Shown in pieces: positions 8,358 through 18,457 of a stretch of DNA of 32,000 nucleotides (position 1 is its first letter; the number at the start of each line of letters is the position of its first letter). Made by a program: the position numbers and the translations under genes. Under the pieces are notes generated by a model. The model was not told where the DNA came from. It saw nothing but the letters and a program-made list of their open reading frames with translations, and did no database searches. Origin of the DNA: Longivirga aurantiaca (GTDB lineage Bacteria; Actinomycetota; Actinomycetes; S36-B12; CAIYMF01); NCBI RefSeq assembly GCF_042660085.1, contig NZ_JBHSTI010000008.1, forward strand, positions 2,295,604 through 2,327,603. Direction: 5' to 3'.

Positions 8358-10451
8358 TCAGGCGAGGATCGCGACGCCGTCGAAGCCCAGGGCGCCGGTG
8401 GCGCCGCCGGTCATGTTGACGACCTTCACGGTGTGGGTGCTGGTCGAGCCGAAGGACTTCACGACGGCGACGCGGACGCTGCTGGCGGTCGCGCTCATGT
8501 CCACCGTGGCGACCTTCACGCCGTCCACGAGCACCGCGACCGTTCCGTGGTGCGATCCGCGCTGCAGCAGCACCGCGATGCTCGACGCCGTCACGGTCGT
8601 GGTGGCCGAGGCGTACTTCGTCGAGGTCCGGTGGAGGCTGCCGCCGTTGGCCGACGACGTCGTGCTCAGGGTCCAGGGTCCGACGTACGTCGTCGCGACC
8701 CGGTCGCTGCGGTAGTTGGCCTTCGTGGCACCGGTCGCCGTCCAGATCGTGCCCTCGCCGTCGGTCACCGTCGTCGTACGGCGCAGCATGTTCCACGCGC
8801 TAGACGCGAGCCCCGTGGTGAGCGTTCGCGCGGTGGTGGTGCCGGCCTCGGTGGTCACGCCCCACGACCAGGTGACGGGGACGACCGGGCCGCTCGACGT
8901 ACGGGTCATGGTGCCTGTGCGCAGCGAGGCGACGGGGTCGGTCATGCCGAGGACGGCGACCGCGAGCTGCGTGACTGCCGGAACTCCGCCGATCTCGTAG
9001 TCGACGACGGCCGCGGAGGACGAGGTCGAGACGAGGCGCACGCGGAGCCTGCCGTCGGCCAGCTCGACCCAGGAGTTGCGCGGGAGCGCTGCGTCGAGCG
9101 CGCCGAGCGACGCGTCAGCGGTCGAGGGGTCGCCGTCGAGCAGGAGCGACTCGCGCAGCGGGAACGACGTGCTGCCCGCGGTCTCCCGGCGCACGGTCAC
9201 ACCGGTGGAGCCCCACCCGGGGGCGCCGGCCATCCAGGCGTCCTGCCCCGTCGCGGCGCGGAACTCGAGCACGTACGACGTGGTGCCGTCCGCCAGCGTG
9301 AGCAGCCGCAGTCCGGCGCCGCTCTCGAGCGGGGCGAGCACGGCGCGACCGGACCGGGTTGGCCGGGCCTGGGCGGACGACGACGTGAGCAGGCCGAGGT
9401 AGCGCAGGTGCGACCCGTTGAGGAAGCCCTGGTTCTGCCACGAGACGCCCATGATGTCGTTGGTGTCGAGGTACGACTTCTTCACGCAGGCGGCGCCTGC
9501 GGCGTCGGTGACGCGAGTCCCGCCGCTCGTGCAGGCGAGGGTCGAGGAGTGGCCGAGGCTGAGGTTGTGACCGAGCTCGTGGCCGAGGACGCCGGTCGTG
9601 TTGTAGCCGTTGCTCCAGAGCATGCCGCCCGAGGCCCGGTCCGATCCGACCGTGCCGAGCCCGGCGATGCCGCCGCAGGAGGTCAACGTGCGGAAGTAGA
9701 CGACGAGGTGCTTGCCCGGTCCCTCGCTCCACCCGGTCGTGGCCTTGATCTCGTTCCAGAACTCGAACGACGTCGACGCGTCGCCGCTGGCGGCGCACGG
9801 GGTGGACGCGGTCTTCACGACCGACGGGTACGCCGTGGCGTCGAACGTGACCGAGCCGCCCGTCATCCTCGACCAGTAGCTGCTGACCGAGCCGCGGACG
9901 GTGGCGGCGACGTCGGCTGCCGACACGCTCGAGGCCGTCCCGTTCGACGGCGTGGCGACCACGACGAGCACGTGGTGGCTCGCGCTGCTGGTGGCCTGCA
10001 CCGTGACCGCAGCGGGAGCCGCACCTGTGCCGGTGTCGGTGAGCCCGGCCGCGGGCTGCGCGACGACGGCGAGCCCGGTGACGGCCGCCCCGGCCTCGGT
10101 GTCGGTGCCGTCGGTCACGAAGGGCTCGACACCGGACGCCGACACCTCGGCGGTTGCCGAGTCGGCCAGCGAGACACGGACCGTGGCCCCGTCCGCCACC
10201 TGTGCGAGCGCCGAGGCCGGCACCTGTACGGCGGCGTCGCCGGTGTTCACGAACGTGAGCGATGCGTCGTCCTCGCCGGCCTCGTGGCTGGCGAAGTCGT
10301 CGACGAGGAACCGCTCGACAGTGCCCGTCACGACCAGCTCGGAATCGGGACCGGACGCCGCGGCCGACGCCGCGGGGGCGAAGCCGACCACCAGGCCGAC
10401 GGCGACGGCACAGGCCGTCGCTGCCAGGACCGGGGCATGGCGTCGCGTCAT
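8358..10451 (-). CDS. Secreted metzincin-type zinc metalloprotease, paralogue 2
   Basis: MTRRHAPVLAATACAVAVGLVVG signal-like start; HELGHNLSLGH (HExxHxxGxxH), NDIMGVSWQNQG; domain-by-domain similarity to the 4765..6975 product, including the C-terminal ...GFDGVAILA versus ...GFDGVVTLS. Confidence 0.86.
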   Translation of the reverse strand: MTRRHAPVLAATACAVAVGLVVGFAPAASAAASGPDSELVVTGTVERFLVDDFASHEAGEDDASLTFVNTGDAAVQVPASALAQVADGATVRVSLADSATAEVSASGVEPFVTDGTDTEAGAAVTGLAVVAQPAAGLTDTGTGAAPAAVTVQATSSASHHVLVVVATPSNGTASSVSAADVAATVRGSVSSYWSRMTGGSVTFDATAYPSVVKTASTPCAASGDASTSFEFWNEIKATTGWSEGPGKHLVVYFRTLTSCGGIAGLGTVGSDRASGGMLWSNGYNTTGVLGHELGHNLSLGHSSTLACTSGGTRVTDAAGAACVKKSYLDTNDIMGVSWQNQGFLNGSHLRYLGLLTSSSAQARPTRSGRAVLAPLESGAGLRLLTLADGTTSYVLEFRAATGQDAWMAGAPGWGSTGVTVRRETAGSTSFPLRESLLLDGDPSTADASLGALDAALPRNSWVELADGRLRVRLVSTSSSAAVVDYEIGGVPAVTQLAVAVLGMTDPVASLRTGTMTRTSSGPVVPVTWSWGVTTEAGTTTARTLTTGLASSAWNMLRRTTTVTDGEGTIWTATGATKANYRSDRVATTYVGPWTLSTTSSANGGSLHRTSTKYASATTTVTASSIAVLLQRGSHHGTVAVLVDGVKVATVDMSATASSVRVAVVKSFGSTSTHTVKVVNMTGGATGALGFDGVAILA

Positions 10452-10673
10452 GCCCACTGCTTCGGCGACCCGCTCCCCCGGTCTTTCGGCCCACTGCTCC
10501 GTTCGGGTCGCCGGGTTGTGTGACGCGGCCGACATCCCCGCGATGACCGGTCATCGACGGTCACGCACCGTGCGCGACCACGCCGTACGACCTCCCGCCG
10601 CCCCGGCGTTCCGACCGCGCAACGTGACGGCACCCGGTCGTCCGCCTGCCGCCGGCGCTGGCAGACTCGAGCC

Positions 10674-11222
10674 GTGACCGCACCGCCGCCCGAGAACCCG
10701 GCCACCGCACCCGTCCCCGCGACCGAGCACGAGGACGAGGGCAGGTACGACGCCGGCGACCCGCACCGCCGGCGGTCGGCGCATCTGCTCGGCCTCATCG
10801 TGAGCGGCGCCGTGCTCGCCACCGCCCCGGACGACTACCGGCTCGCCCGCGTCTGCGCCGCGCTGGTCGCGACGCTCGCCGTCTACTGGATCGCCGAGAC
10901 GTACGTGCACTGGATCGCCACCCGCACCATCCACAGGCGCGACCTCACCGGCCCCGAGCGCATGCGGATCGTGAAGGACGGCTGGCCGCTCATGGCGGCG
11001 AGCATCGTCCCGGTCGTCGTGCTGCTCGTGGAGGCGCTGCTGCAGATCGAGACGGCGACGGCGGTCAAGGTGGCCCTGGTGGTCAACACCCTGCTCCTCG
11101 GCCTGGTCGGCTGGAACATGGGCCGCGCCGGCGGCCTGCGCGGCGCCCGGCTCCTCGCGTCGTCGTGCCTCACCGCGCTGTTCGGCGTCGTCATGATCGT
11201 CCTCAAGTCCAGCCTGCACTGA
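10674..11222 (+). CDS. Small multi-pass membrane protein of unknown function
   Basis: GTG start at 10674; several hydrophobic segments (LLGLIVSGAVLATA, AALVATLAVYWIAETYVHWI, LMAASIVPVVVLLVEALL, VALVVNTLLLGLVGW). Confidence 0.75.
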   Translation: MTAPPPENPATAPVPATEHEDEGRYDAGDPHRRRSAHLLGLIVSGAVLATAPDDYRLARVCAALVATLAVYWIAETYVHWIATRTIHRRDLTGPERMRIVKDGWPLMAASIVPVVVLLVEALLQIETATAVKVALVVNTLLLGLVGWNMGRAGGLRGARLLASSCLTALFGVVMIVLKSSLH

Positions 11223-11232
11223 CCCGGACGTG

Positions 11233-11269
11233 CGAGAGCCCCGCAGCGCTAGGCGCTGCGGGGCTCTCG
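11233..11269. terminator. Bidirectional intrinsic terminator between convergent genes
   Basis: Perfect 17-bp stem CGAGAGCCCCGCAGCGC / GCGCTGCGGGGCTCTCG with TAG loop between the convergent ORFs ending at 11222 and 11286. Confidence 0.9.
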
Positions 11270-11285
11270 ACCGTGGATCGGTGCG

Positions 11286-11669
11286 TCAGGACGCGAGCGC
11301 CTTGGCCTTGATCGCGTCGAACTCCTCCTGGGAGATCGCACCCGAGCTGAGCAGGTCGTGCGCGTTCTTGATCTGCGCGGTCGGGTCGGCCGCGGGGGCC
11401 GCCACCGAGCGGATGTAGTCGGCCTGGGCGGCCTCGGCGGCCCTGTACTGCGCCATGTCGCGCTCGGTCATGCCCTTGCCGCGGGCGATGACGTAGATCA
11501 GCGCCGCGAGGAGGGTGAGCGCGAACAGGAAGATCAGCCAGCCGGCCTTCGCCCAGCCGCTGAGGTCATCGCTGCGGAAGATGTCCACGATGATGCGGAA
11601 CAGCAGGATGAAGTACATGACCATGAAGAAGAAGACGAGGAGCGTCCAGAGCCAGTCGACGAGGTTCAT
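11286..11669 (-). CDS. PLDc_N-like membrane protein with C-terminal SHOCT domain
   Basis: MNLVDWLWTLLVFFFMVMYFILLFRIIVDIFRSDDLSGWAKAGWLIFLF...LIYVIARG; C-terminal IKNAHDLLSSGAISQEEFDAIKAKAL is typical of SHOCT. Confidence 0.87.
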   Translation of the reverse strand: MNLVDWLWTLLVFFFMVMYFILLFRIIVDIFRSDDLSGWAKAGWLIFLFALTLLAALIYVIARGKGMTERDMAQYRAAEAAQADYIRSVAAPAADPTAQIKNAHDLLSSGAISQEEFDAIKAKALAS

Positions 11670-12013
11670 CGCTGAGCCTTTCCTTTAGTGAAGTGGCCCG
11701 TGGCCGGGCCGCGGTCCGGCCGGGATTGGCGGCCGGTGCGGTTCGCACCGCCGTGACGCACAGGGTGCCTCCCGGCCCCCTCGAACGTCCCAGCAGACAT
11801 CCTGGCCCATCCGACTCTCCGGGGTCGGACAGACACAGAAAGTCGGTCGGTTCGTGACCATCGGCCCGGGGCCCGGACGAGCGGCGACACACCGCTCGCA
11901 CAGGTCTAGGTTGGATCTGCGGGACACCCACGCGGGCCTGCACCAGGACGCGGGGCACGGTCCCGTACCGCGCGGCCTGCTCGGCCGCTCGGTCGGCGGG
12001 AGGGGTCCTCCGT

Positions 12014-13504
12014 ATGAGCACCACGAGAACACCATCAGCAGCACCGCTGGCGCCGCAGAAGCCCGGACGGGCGCTGGGCCTGCCCCAGGCCACCGCGCTC
12101 ATCGTCGGCAGCATCATCGGGGTCGGGATCTTCAACCTGCCCGGCTCCCTCGCCTCGTACGGCCCCATCAGCATCTGGGCCATGGTCCTCACCACCGTGG
12201 GCGCCCTCGCCCTCGCCCTGATGTTCGCCAGCATGTCCCGGCGGCTTCCCGCCGACGGCGGACCGTACGCCTACGCGCGTACGGCGTTCGGCAACGGGAC
12301 GGGTTTCGCCAACGCGTGGTCCTACTGGATCACCGCATGGGCGGGCAACGCCGCGATCGTGGTCGGCTGGGTGTTCTACGTCCAGTACGTCATCGGCGGC
12401 TGGCTCGACGCCCAGGGCCTCGACACCGGCTGGCTGGGCACGACGGTGCCGATCCTCGGCCAGGACCTCGCCGTCTGGCCGGTCCTGTTCGCGGTCGTCG
12501 GGCTCTGGCTGCCCGCCGGCGTCAACCTGCTCGGCGTGAAGAACATGGGCGCGGTCCAGCTCTGGACGTCGGTCATCAAGTTCGTGCCGCTGGCGCTGAT
12601 GTCGACGGTCGGCCTGTTCGCCATCTCGACCGACAACTTCAGCCCGATGAACCTCTCCGGCGACAGCGACGCGCAGGCGATCCTGGGCGCGATGGCGCTG
12701 TGCCTGTTCTCCTACCTCGGCGTCGAGACGGCGTCGGTCGCCGCGGCCAAGGTGCGCAACCCCGACGTGAACGTCCCCCGCTCCACCATCTTCGGCACGC
12801 TCGCGACCGCAGCGGTCTACCTGCTGTCGCTGATCGCGGTCTTCGGCTCGGTCCCGAGCACGGTGCTCGGCGAGAGCTCCGCGCCGTACTCCACGGCGGC
12901 CGACGCGATGACCGGTGGCACCTGGGCCGGCTGGGTCGTCGCCGCCTGCGTCATCATCTCCGGCTTCGGAGCGCTCAACGGCTGGACCATGATCTGCGCC
13001 GAGATGCCGCTCGCCGCAGCCAACGACGGCCTCTTCCCCACGCGCTTCGGGCGCATGTCCGCGCGCGGCGTCCCCGCGTTCGGGATCATCGCCTCCACAG
13101 TGCTCGCCACGGTGGCGGTGGTGTTCGCCAACTGGGGCAGCAGCGGCTACACGGTGTTCAACACCCTGGTCTACATGTCCGGCATCACCGCGGCGATCCC
13201 GTACATCTTCTCCGGGCTGGCGCAGCTGAAGTGGCGCATCACCGACTCGAGGAAGGTCCACACCCCGAGGCTCGTCCGCGACCTGGTCGTCGCCGTGGTC
13301 GCGATCGTGTTCTCCGTGCTCTTCATCGTCTACTCGCGGAACACCGGTGACGAGAACACCCTCATCCAGGAGTACGCACCGTTCATCATGGCTGGTGCCG
13401 CCTTCGTCATCGGGATCCCGGTCTACCTGTCCCAGCGCAAGCGGATGACCGAGCCCGAGCCCGTCCCCGACTACCCGACAACGCGCACGGAGGTGGCCTC
13501 ATGA
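12014..13504 (+). CDS. APC superfamily amino acid permease/antiporter, probably arginine/ornithine exchange for the ADI pathway
   Basis: [29 protein letters not shown] plus ~12 hydrophobic segments; stop overlaps the arcA start (ATGA at 13501). Confidence 0.88.
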   Translation: MSTTRTPSAAPLAPQKPGRALGLPQATALIVGSIIGVGIFNLPGSLASYGPISIWAMVLTTVGALALALMFASMSRRLPADGGPYAYARTAFGNGTGFANAWSYWITAWAGNAAIVVGWVFYVQYVIGGWLDAQGLDTGWLGTTVPILGQDLAVWPVLFAVVGLWLPAGVNLLGVKNMGAVQLWTSVIKFVPLALMSTVGLFAISTDNFSPMNLSGDSDAQAILGAMALCLFSYLGVETASVAAAKVRNPDVNVPRSTIFGTLATAAVYLLSLIAVFGSVPSTVLGESSAPYSTAADAMTGGTWAGWVVAACVIISGFGALNGWTMICAEMPLAAANDGLFPTRFGRMSARGVPAFGIIASTVLATVAVVFANWGSSGYTVFNTLVYMSGITAAIPYIFSGLAQLKWRITDSRKVHTPRLVRDLVVAVVAIVFSVLFIVYSRNTGDENTLIQEYAPFIMAGAAFVIGIPVYLSQRKRMTEPEPVPDYPTTRTEVAS

Positions 13505-14727
13505 CGTTCCACGTCGACTCGGAGGTGGGAGTCCTCAAGCAGGCGATCCTGCACCGGCCCGGCCTCGAGCTCTCACGCCTGACGCCGCAGAACGTCGAGG
13601 ACCTGCTGTTCGACGACGTCATGTGGGCCGAACGGGCGCGCGAGGAGCACGACGCGTTCGCCGCCAGCCTGCGCGACAAGGGCGTCACGGTGCACCTGTT
13701 CCACGAGCTCCTCGTCACCGCGCTCGACCAACCCGGGGCGCGGGACTTCATCGCCGACGAGCTCACCACCGCCAACCGCTTCGGCCCCGCGCTCGAGGCA
13801 CAGCTCGACGAGCTCGTGCTCCGGGCGCCGGCCGAGACGCTCGCCGAGGTGCTCATCGGCGGCGTGCTGCGCAAGGACATCGATCTCGACGAGGGCGCCA
13901 GCCTGCTGTGGGCCTATCTCGAGCCGATGGACTTCCTGCTCCGCCCGCTGCCGAACCACCTCTTCCAGCGCGACAACTCCGCCTTCGTGTACGACGGGCT
14001 GTCGGTTAACCCGATGTCGAAGCCCGCCCGCAAGCGGGAGACGATCAACTCCCGCGCGGTGTGGAACTTCCACCCGATGTTCCGCGACGCCGGGCTGCAC
14101 TTCTACTACGGCAACGACAACGAGTACCACGACCCCGCGAACGTCGAGGGCGGCGACATCCTCGTGATCGGCAACGGCGCGGTCATGGTCGGCATGGGAG
14201 AGCGGACGACCCCGCAGGGCGTGGAGTTCCTCGCCCGGCAGTGGTTCGCCCACGGCAAGGTCACCCGCGTGATCGTCGTCGAGCTGCCCAAGGAGCGGGC
14301 GTTCATGCACCTCGACACCGCCATGACGATGATCGACCGGGACGCCTTCAGCGTGTACCCGTTCCTGTCCGGGAACCTGCGCTGCTTCACCCTCGAGCCC
14401 ATCGGGTCCGGTGAAGGCGACTACAAGGTGGCCGAGCACGACGAGCTCTTCCCCGTCGTGGCCGAGTCGCTCGGGCTCGACCGGCTGCGGGTGCTCAAGA
14501 CGCCGATCGACGAGCACGGCGCCGCGCGCGAGCAGTGGGACGACGGCAACAACTTCCTTGCCGTCGCACCGGGAGTCATCTTCGGGTACGAGCGCAACAC
14601 CACCACCAACACGTTCCTGCGCCGCAACGGGATCGAGGTCGTCACCATCGCCGGCTCGGAGCTCGGACGCGGCCGCGGCGGCCCGCGCTGCATGACCTGC
14701 CCCATCGAGCGCGAGCCCGTGGGCTGA
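13501..14727 (+). CDS. arcA: Arginine deiminase
   Basis: [26 protein letters not shown]...[16 protein letters not shown]...[23 protein letters not shown]...[10 protein letters not shown]...[12 protein letters not shown] (active-site cysteine region). Confidence 0.97.
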   Translation: MTFHVDSEVGVLKQAILHRPGLELSRLTPQNVEDLLFDDVMWAERAREEHDAFAASLRDKGVTVHLFHELLVTALDQPGARDFIADELTTANRFGPALEAQLDELVLRAPAETLAEVLIGGVLRKDIDLDEGASLLWAYLEPMDFLLRPLPNHLFQRDNSAFVYDGLSVNPMSKPARKRETINSRAVWNFHPMFRDAGLHFYYGNDNEYHDPANVEGGDILVIGNGAVMVGMGERTTPQGVEFLARQWFAHGKVTRVIVVELPKERAFMHLDTAMTMIDRDAFSVYPFLSGNLRCFTLEPIGSGEGDYKVAEHDELFPVVAESLGLDRLRVLKTPIDEHGAAREQWDDGNNFLAVAPGVIFGYERNTTTNTFLRRNGIEVVTIAGSELGRGRGGPRCMTCPIEREPVG

Positions 14728-14773
14728 GGCCCTCTAGGCTCGGAAGACACGTGAGAGACGGAGACAAGACGAG

Positions 14774-15781
14774 ATGTCGTTCAACCTGCGCAACCGCGAC
14801 TTCCTGAAGGAGGTCGACTTCACCACCCAGGAGCTGCAGTTCCTGCTCGACCTCGCGCGCGACCTCAAGCGCGCGAAGTACTCGGGCACCGAGGTGCAGC
14901 GCATGCGCGGCAAGAACGTGGCGCTGATCTTCGAGAAGACCTCGACGCGCACGCGCTGCGCGTTCGAGGTCGGCGCCTACGACCAGGGCGCGAACGTGAC
15001 CTACCTCGACCCGTCCGGGTCCCAGATGGGGCACAAGGAGTCGACCGCCGACACCGCGCGCGTGCTGTCGCGCATGTTCGACGCGATCGAGTTCCGCGGC
15101 TCGGCGCAGTCCACCGTCGAGGAGCTCGCGGCGTACTCCGACGTGCCGGTCTACAACGGCCTCACCGACGAGTGGCACCCGACCCAGATGCTCGCCGACT
15201 TCCTCACGATGTCGGAGCACTCGGGCGGCAAGCAGATCTCGGACATCGCCTACTGCTACCTCGGGGACGCCCGCTCCAACATGGGCAACTCGCTTCTGGT
15301 CATGGGCGCCATCATGGGCTCGGACGTGCGCATCGCGGCCCCGAAGGAGCTGTGGCCGTCCGACGAGGTCCAGGAGATCGCCCGCCAGCGCGCAGAGCAG
15401 TCGGGCGCGCGCATCACGCTGACCGAGGATCCCGCCGAGGGCCTCGCCGGCGTCGATCACGTGCACACGGACGTCTGGGTCTCCATGGGCGAGCCCAAGG
15501 AGGTCTGGGACCAGCGGGTGCACCTGCTCGCGCCGTACCAGGTCAACGCCGCCGCGATGAAGGCAACCGGCAACCCGCACGCGAAGTTCCTGCACTGCCT
15601 CCCCGCGTTCCACGACACCAACACGGTCGTGGGCCGCGACATCGCGGCGAAGACCGGCATGACCGAGGGCCTCGAGGTCACGCACGACGTGTTCGAGTCC
15701 CCCGCGTCGGTCGTGTTCGACCAGGCCGAGAACCGCCTGCACACGATCAAGGCGATCATGGTCGCCACGATCGGCGACTGA
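14774..15781 (+). CDS. arcB: Ornithine carbamoyltransferase (catabolic, ADI operon context)
   Basis: [21 protein letters not shown] (STRTR), [40 protein letters not shown]; follows arcA. Confidence 0.96.
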   Translation: MSFNLRNRDFLKEVDFTTQELQFLLDLARDLKRAKYSGTEVQRMRGKNVALIFEKTSTRTRCAFEVGAYDQGANVTYLDPSGSQMGHKESTADTARVLSRMFDAIEFRGSAQSTVEELAAYSDVPVYNGLTDEWHPTQMLADFLTMSEHSGGKQISDIAYCYLGDARSNMGNSLLVMGAIMGSDVRIAAPKELWPSDEVQEIARQRAEQSGARITLTEDPAEGLAGVDHVHTDVWVSMGEPKEVWDQRVHLLAPYQVNAAAMKATGNPHAKFLHCLPAFHDTNTVVGRDIAAKTGMTEGLEVTHDVFESPASVVFDQAENRLHTIKAIMVATIGD

Positions 15782-15805
15782 ACCCGCCGCGTCAGTCAGC
15801 ACGAA

Positions 15806-15839
15806 CGGAGAAGCCCGGGTCCTGGCCCGGGCTTCTCCG
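15806..15839 (+). terminator. Intrinsic terminator after arcB
   Basis: 14-bp perfect stem CGGAGAAGCCCGGG / CCCGGGCTTCTCCG with TCCTGG loop. Confidence 0.85.
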
Positions 15840-15858
15840 CGGGTCTACCGTCGCCCGC

Positions 15859-16287
15859 ATGACGGTCACCATCCCCTGGCTCGGGGTCCTCGTCGCGTTC
15901 GTCGTCGCGTTCGTCGCGAACTTCCTGTGGTTCGGCCCCAGGACGATGTTCCCGATCTGGTGGCGTGCGCTCGGCCACACGGACGGCGAGCAGCTCGAGA
16001 ACGGCGACGGCATGGCCAAGGTCTTCGGCCTCACCGTGGTCGGCCTGCTCGTGCAGGTGCTCACGATGTCGTGGATCCTGCAGGCCTGCGCCGCGCTCTA
16101 CGACCAGGAGGTCACGGTCGGCACGGGGCTCCTCGTCGGTGCGCTGGTGGGAGCGGGCATCGCGGCCGCGGCCTCGCTCGGCCACCGGCTCTTCTCCGGC
16201 CAGGGCCTCAAGGTCTGGGCCATCGAGGTCGGCGGCGACATCCTCGGGCTCACCCTCATCGGCGGCGTGCTCAGCTTCTGGCTCTGA
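15859..16287 (+). CDS. DUF1761-like membrane protein
   Basis: MTVTIPWLGVLVAFVVAFVANFLWFGPRTMFPIWWRALG...GLKVWAIEVGGDILGLTLIGGVL; ATG at 15859. Confidence 0.8.
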   Translation: MTVTIPWLGVLVAFVVAFVANFLWFGPRTMFPIWWRALGHTDGEQLENGDGMAKVFGLTVVGLLVQVLTMSWILQACAALYDQEVTVGTGLLVGALVGAGIAAAASLGHRLFSGQGLKVWAIEVGGDILGLTLIGGVLSFWL

Positions 16288-16531
16288 TCCTCGCCGCGCC
16301 ACGCGCTCCTCGGCGTCGGCCACCGGTGACGGGCGCACCGGTTCCTGGCGCCCCTGCCGTGGCGGAAACCGGCGTGCTCGAGTCGTCCCTGCTGAGCCGG
16401 GCCTCGGTCTCCTCGCGCTCGCTGGGCAGATCCTGGGGCAGCGCACTCGACCCCCGGCCTCCCTGCGGGAACCTCTGCCGGATGCCGCCGCCGGGCCTAG
16501 GGTCGGGCCTGCCGAACGAGGAGGAGGACGC

Positions 16532-18331
16532 ATGGATCCGGCCACCACCAGCCTGCTGGTGCTCGCCGCCGTCGTCGTCCTGTTCATCTGGAACCGGCTG
16601 CCCGTCGCCGCGGTCGCCGTCCTCACGGCCCTCACGCTGTGGGCGACCGGGCTGCTCGACTACGACCAGGTGCTCGCGGGGTTCGGCGACCCGGTCGTGG
16701 TGTTCATCGCCTCGCTGTTCGTCGTGTCCGAGGCCATCGACTCGGCGGGCGTGACGAACTGGGCGGGCCAGACCCTGCTCGCGCGCATCGGCGACCGGCC
16801 GAGGGCCGCACTCGTCGCGGTGATGGCTCTCGCCGCCGTGATGAGCGCCCTCATCACCCTCAACGGCGCCGCCGCGGCCCTGCTGCCGATGGTCGTGGTG
16901 ATCGCGATGCGCCTCAAGGTGGCGCCCGCGCACATGCTGCTGCCCATGGCCTTCGCGGGGAGCTCCGGCTCGCTGCTCATCCTCACGGCCAGCCCCATCA
17001 ACGTGCTCGTGTCCGACGCGTCGTCCGACGCCGGAGCGGGCGGCTTCGGCTTCTTCGAGTTCGCCGTGGTCGGCATCCCGCTGGTGCTCGGCACCCTTGC
17101 GATCTGCGCGCTGATCGCCGAGAAGGTGCTGCCCGTCCGCGAGTCCCTCATGCTGCCGCCCGACCTCAGCCGCTACGCCAGCACCGTGCAGGACCACTAC
17201 GACCTCACCGACGGGTTCCACCGCCTGCACGTCCGCGAGCACTCCCCGCTCGTGGGTACGTCCGCGGACCGGCTCGACCTCGCGCCGTACGCCGGTGTCA
17301 CCGTGACGGCCGTGCAGGCCAGCGATGGCACGGTGAGCAGGGGCGCGCTCGAGGCGGGCGACGTCCTCGTCGTCACTGGGCCGTCGGACGTCGTGTCGCG
17401 CCTCGCCATGGACCTGGTGCTCACGGTGGCGATGCGTCCGGTCACCGACTCGACCGGCGTGCTCATCACCGACGAGATGGGCGTCGCCGAGCTCGTGGTG
17501 CCCCCGCGGTCGCCGCTCGTCGGCGAGTCCGTGTTCGCCGGGCAGCTGCGCAGCTCTGACGTCGTGATCCTCGCGATCCGGCGTCGGGGCAAGGATCTCG
17601 GCGCCGGCCCGGTCGACCTCGTCGAGGGCGACCTCCTGCTCGTGCACGGCGCCTGGTCGGCCGTGGACTCGCTCGTCGACCACCGCGACGTCGTCGTCGT
17701 GAACAGCCCGGACCTGGTCCGCCGTCAGGCCGCCCCGCTCGGCAGCCGTGCCTGGCGAGCAGTCGCCGTCCTCGCCGTGATGATCCTGCTGCTCGCGCTC
17801 GGGCTGGTGCCGGCGTCCATCGCGGGGCTCGGAGCCGCCGTCGCCATGGTCCTGCTGCGCGTGATCTCCGGGCCGCAGGCGCTGCGCTCGATCTCCTGGC
17901 AGACGGTCGTCCTCATCGGCGGCCTCATCCCGCTGTCGACCGCGATCCGCACGAGCGGCGCGGCTGACCTGCTCGCCTCGTGGCTGCTCGCCGTCGTCGG
18001 CGACGCCGGCCCGATCGTGCTGCTGCTCGCGCTCTTCGTGATGACCGCGACGCTCGGCCAGTTCATCAGCAACACCGCGACGGTGCTGATCCTGCTCCCC
18101 GTCGCGGTGGCCGCCGCGACGGAGTTCGGGGTGTCCGTGCAGCCGGTGCTCATGACGCTCGCCATCGCCGGCGCGTGCAGCTTCCTCACGCCCGTGGCGA
18201 CCCCGGCCAACATGATGGTCATGGGGCCGGGCGGCTACCGCTTCAACGACTACTGGCGGCTCGGCCTGCCCCTCCTCCTCTGGTGGCTCGTCGTCGCCCT
18301 CGTCGTCGTCCCGCTCGTCTGGCACTTCTGA
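16532..18331 (+). CDS. SLC13/DASS-type (ArsB/NhaD-like) permease with internal TrkA_C domains
   Basis: Two hydrophobic halves (LTLWATGLLDYDQVLAGFGDPVVVFIASLFVVSEAI...; FISNTATVLILLPVAVAAA...TPANMMVMGPGGYRFNDYWR) with central soluble TrkA_C-like segments (LREHSPLVG..., VVPPRSPLVGESVF). AGGAGGA RBS ahead of ATG 16532. Confidence 0.9.
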   Translation: MDPATTSLLVLAAVVVLFIWNRLPVAAVAVLTALTLWATGLLDYDQVLAGFGDPVVVFIASLFVVSEAIDSAGVTNWAGQTLLARIGDRPRAALVAVMALAAVMSALITLNGAAAALLPMVVVIAMRLKVAPAHMLLPMAFAGSSGSLLILTASPINVLVSDASSDAGAGGFGFFEFAVVGIPLVLGTLAICALIAEKVLPVRESLMLPPDLSRYASTVQDHYDLTDGFHRLHVREHSPLVGTSADRLDLAPYAGVTVTAVQASDGTVSRGALEAGDVLVVTGPSDVVSRLAMDLVLTVAMRPVTDSTGVLITDEMGVAELVVPPRSPLVGESVFAGQLRSSDVVILAIRRRGKDLGAGPVDLVEGDLLLVHGAWSAVDSLVDHRDVVVVNSPDLVRRQAAPLGSRAWRAVAVLAVMILLLALGLVPASIAGLGAAVAMVLLRVISGPQALRSISWQTVVLIGGLIPLSTAIRTSGAADLLASWLLAVVGDAGPIVLLLALFVMTATLGQFISNTATVLILLPVAVAAATEFGVSVQPVLMTLAIAGACSFLTPVATPANMMVMGPGGYRFNDYWRLGLPLLLWWLVVALVVVPLVWHF

Positions 18332-18334
18332 GCC

Positions 18335-18402
18335 CCGCGAGTTACTGCCCCATTGGCCGTTGAGCGGCCGTCTTCAACGACGTTCTGGGCAGTAACTCGC
18401 GG
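18335..18402. repeat. Long inverted repeat, possibly a bidirectional terminator
   Basis: Perfect 16-bp arms CCGCGAGTTACTGCCC (18335-18350) and GGGCAGTAACTCGCGG (18387-18402); inner CGTTGA/TCAACG pairing in the 36-nt centre; lies between convergent genes. Confidence 0.9.
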
Positions 18403-18457
18403 ACTCCGAGGCGCGGGGTCGGCGGCGCGGGACGGGCGGCGGGGCGGGCCGGCAGCC

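Noticed and set aside
8433-10523. 696-aa plus-strand ORF and the 479-aa minus-strand ORF (9115..10554) over protease 2
   Set aside because: Shadow ORFs of the metalloprotease gene with no domain signatures.
16271-18325. 684-aa minus-strand ORF antisense to the SLC13-type permease
   Set aside because: Asp/His/Arg/Gly-rich translation typical of antisense high-GC frames; the plus-strand permease is strongly supported.
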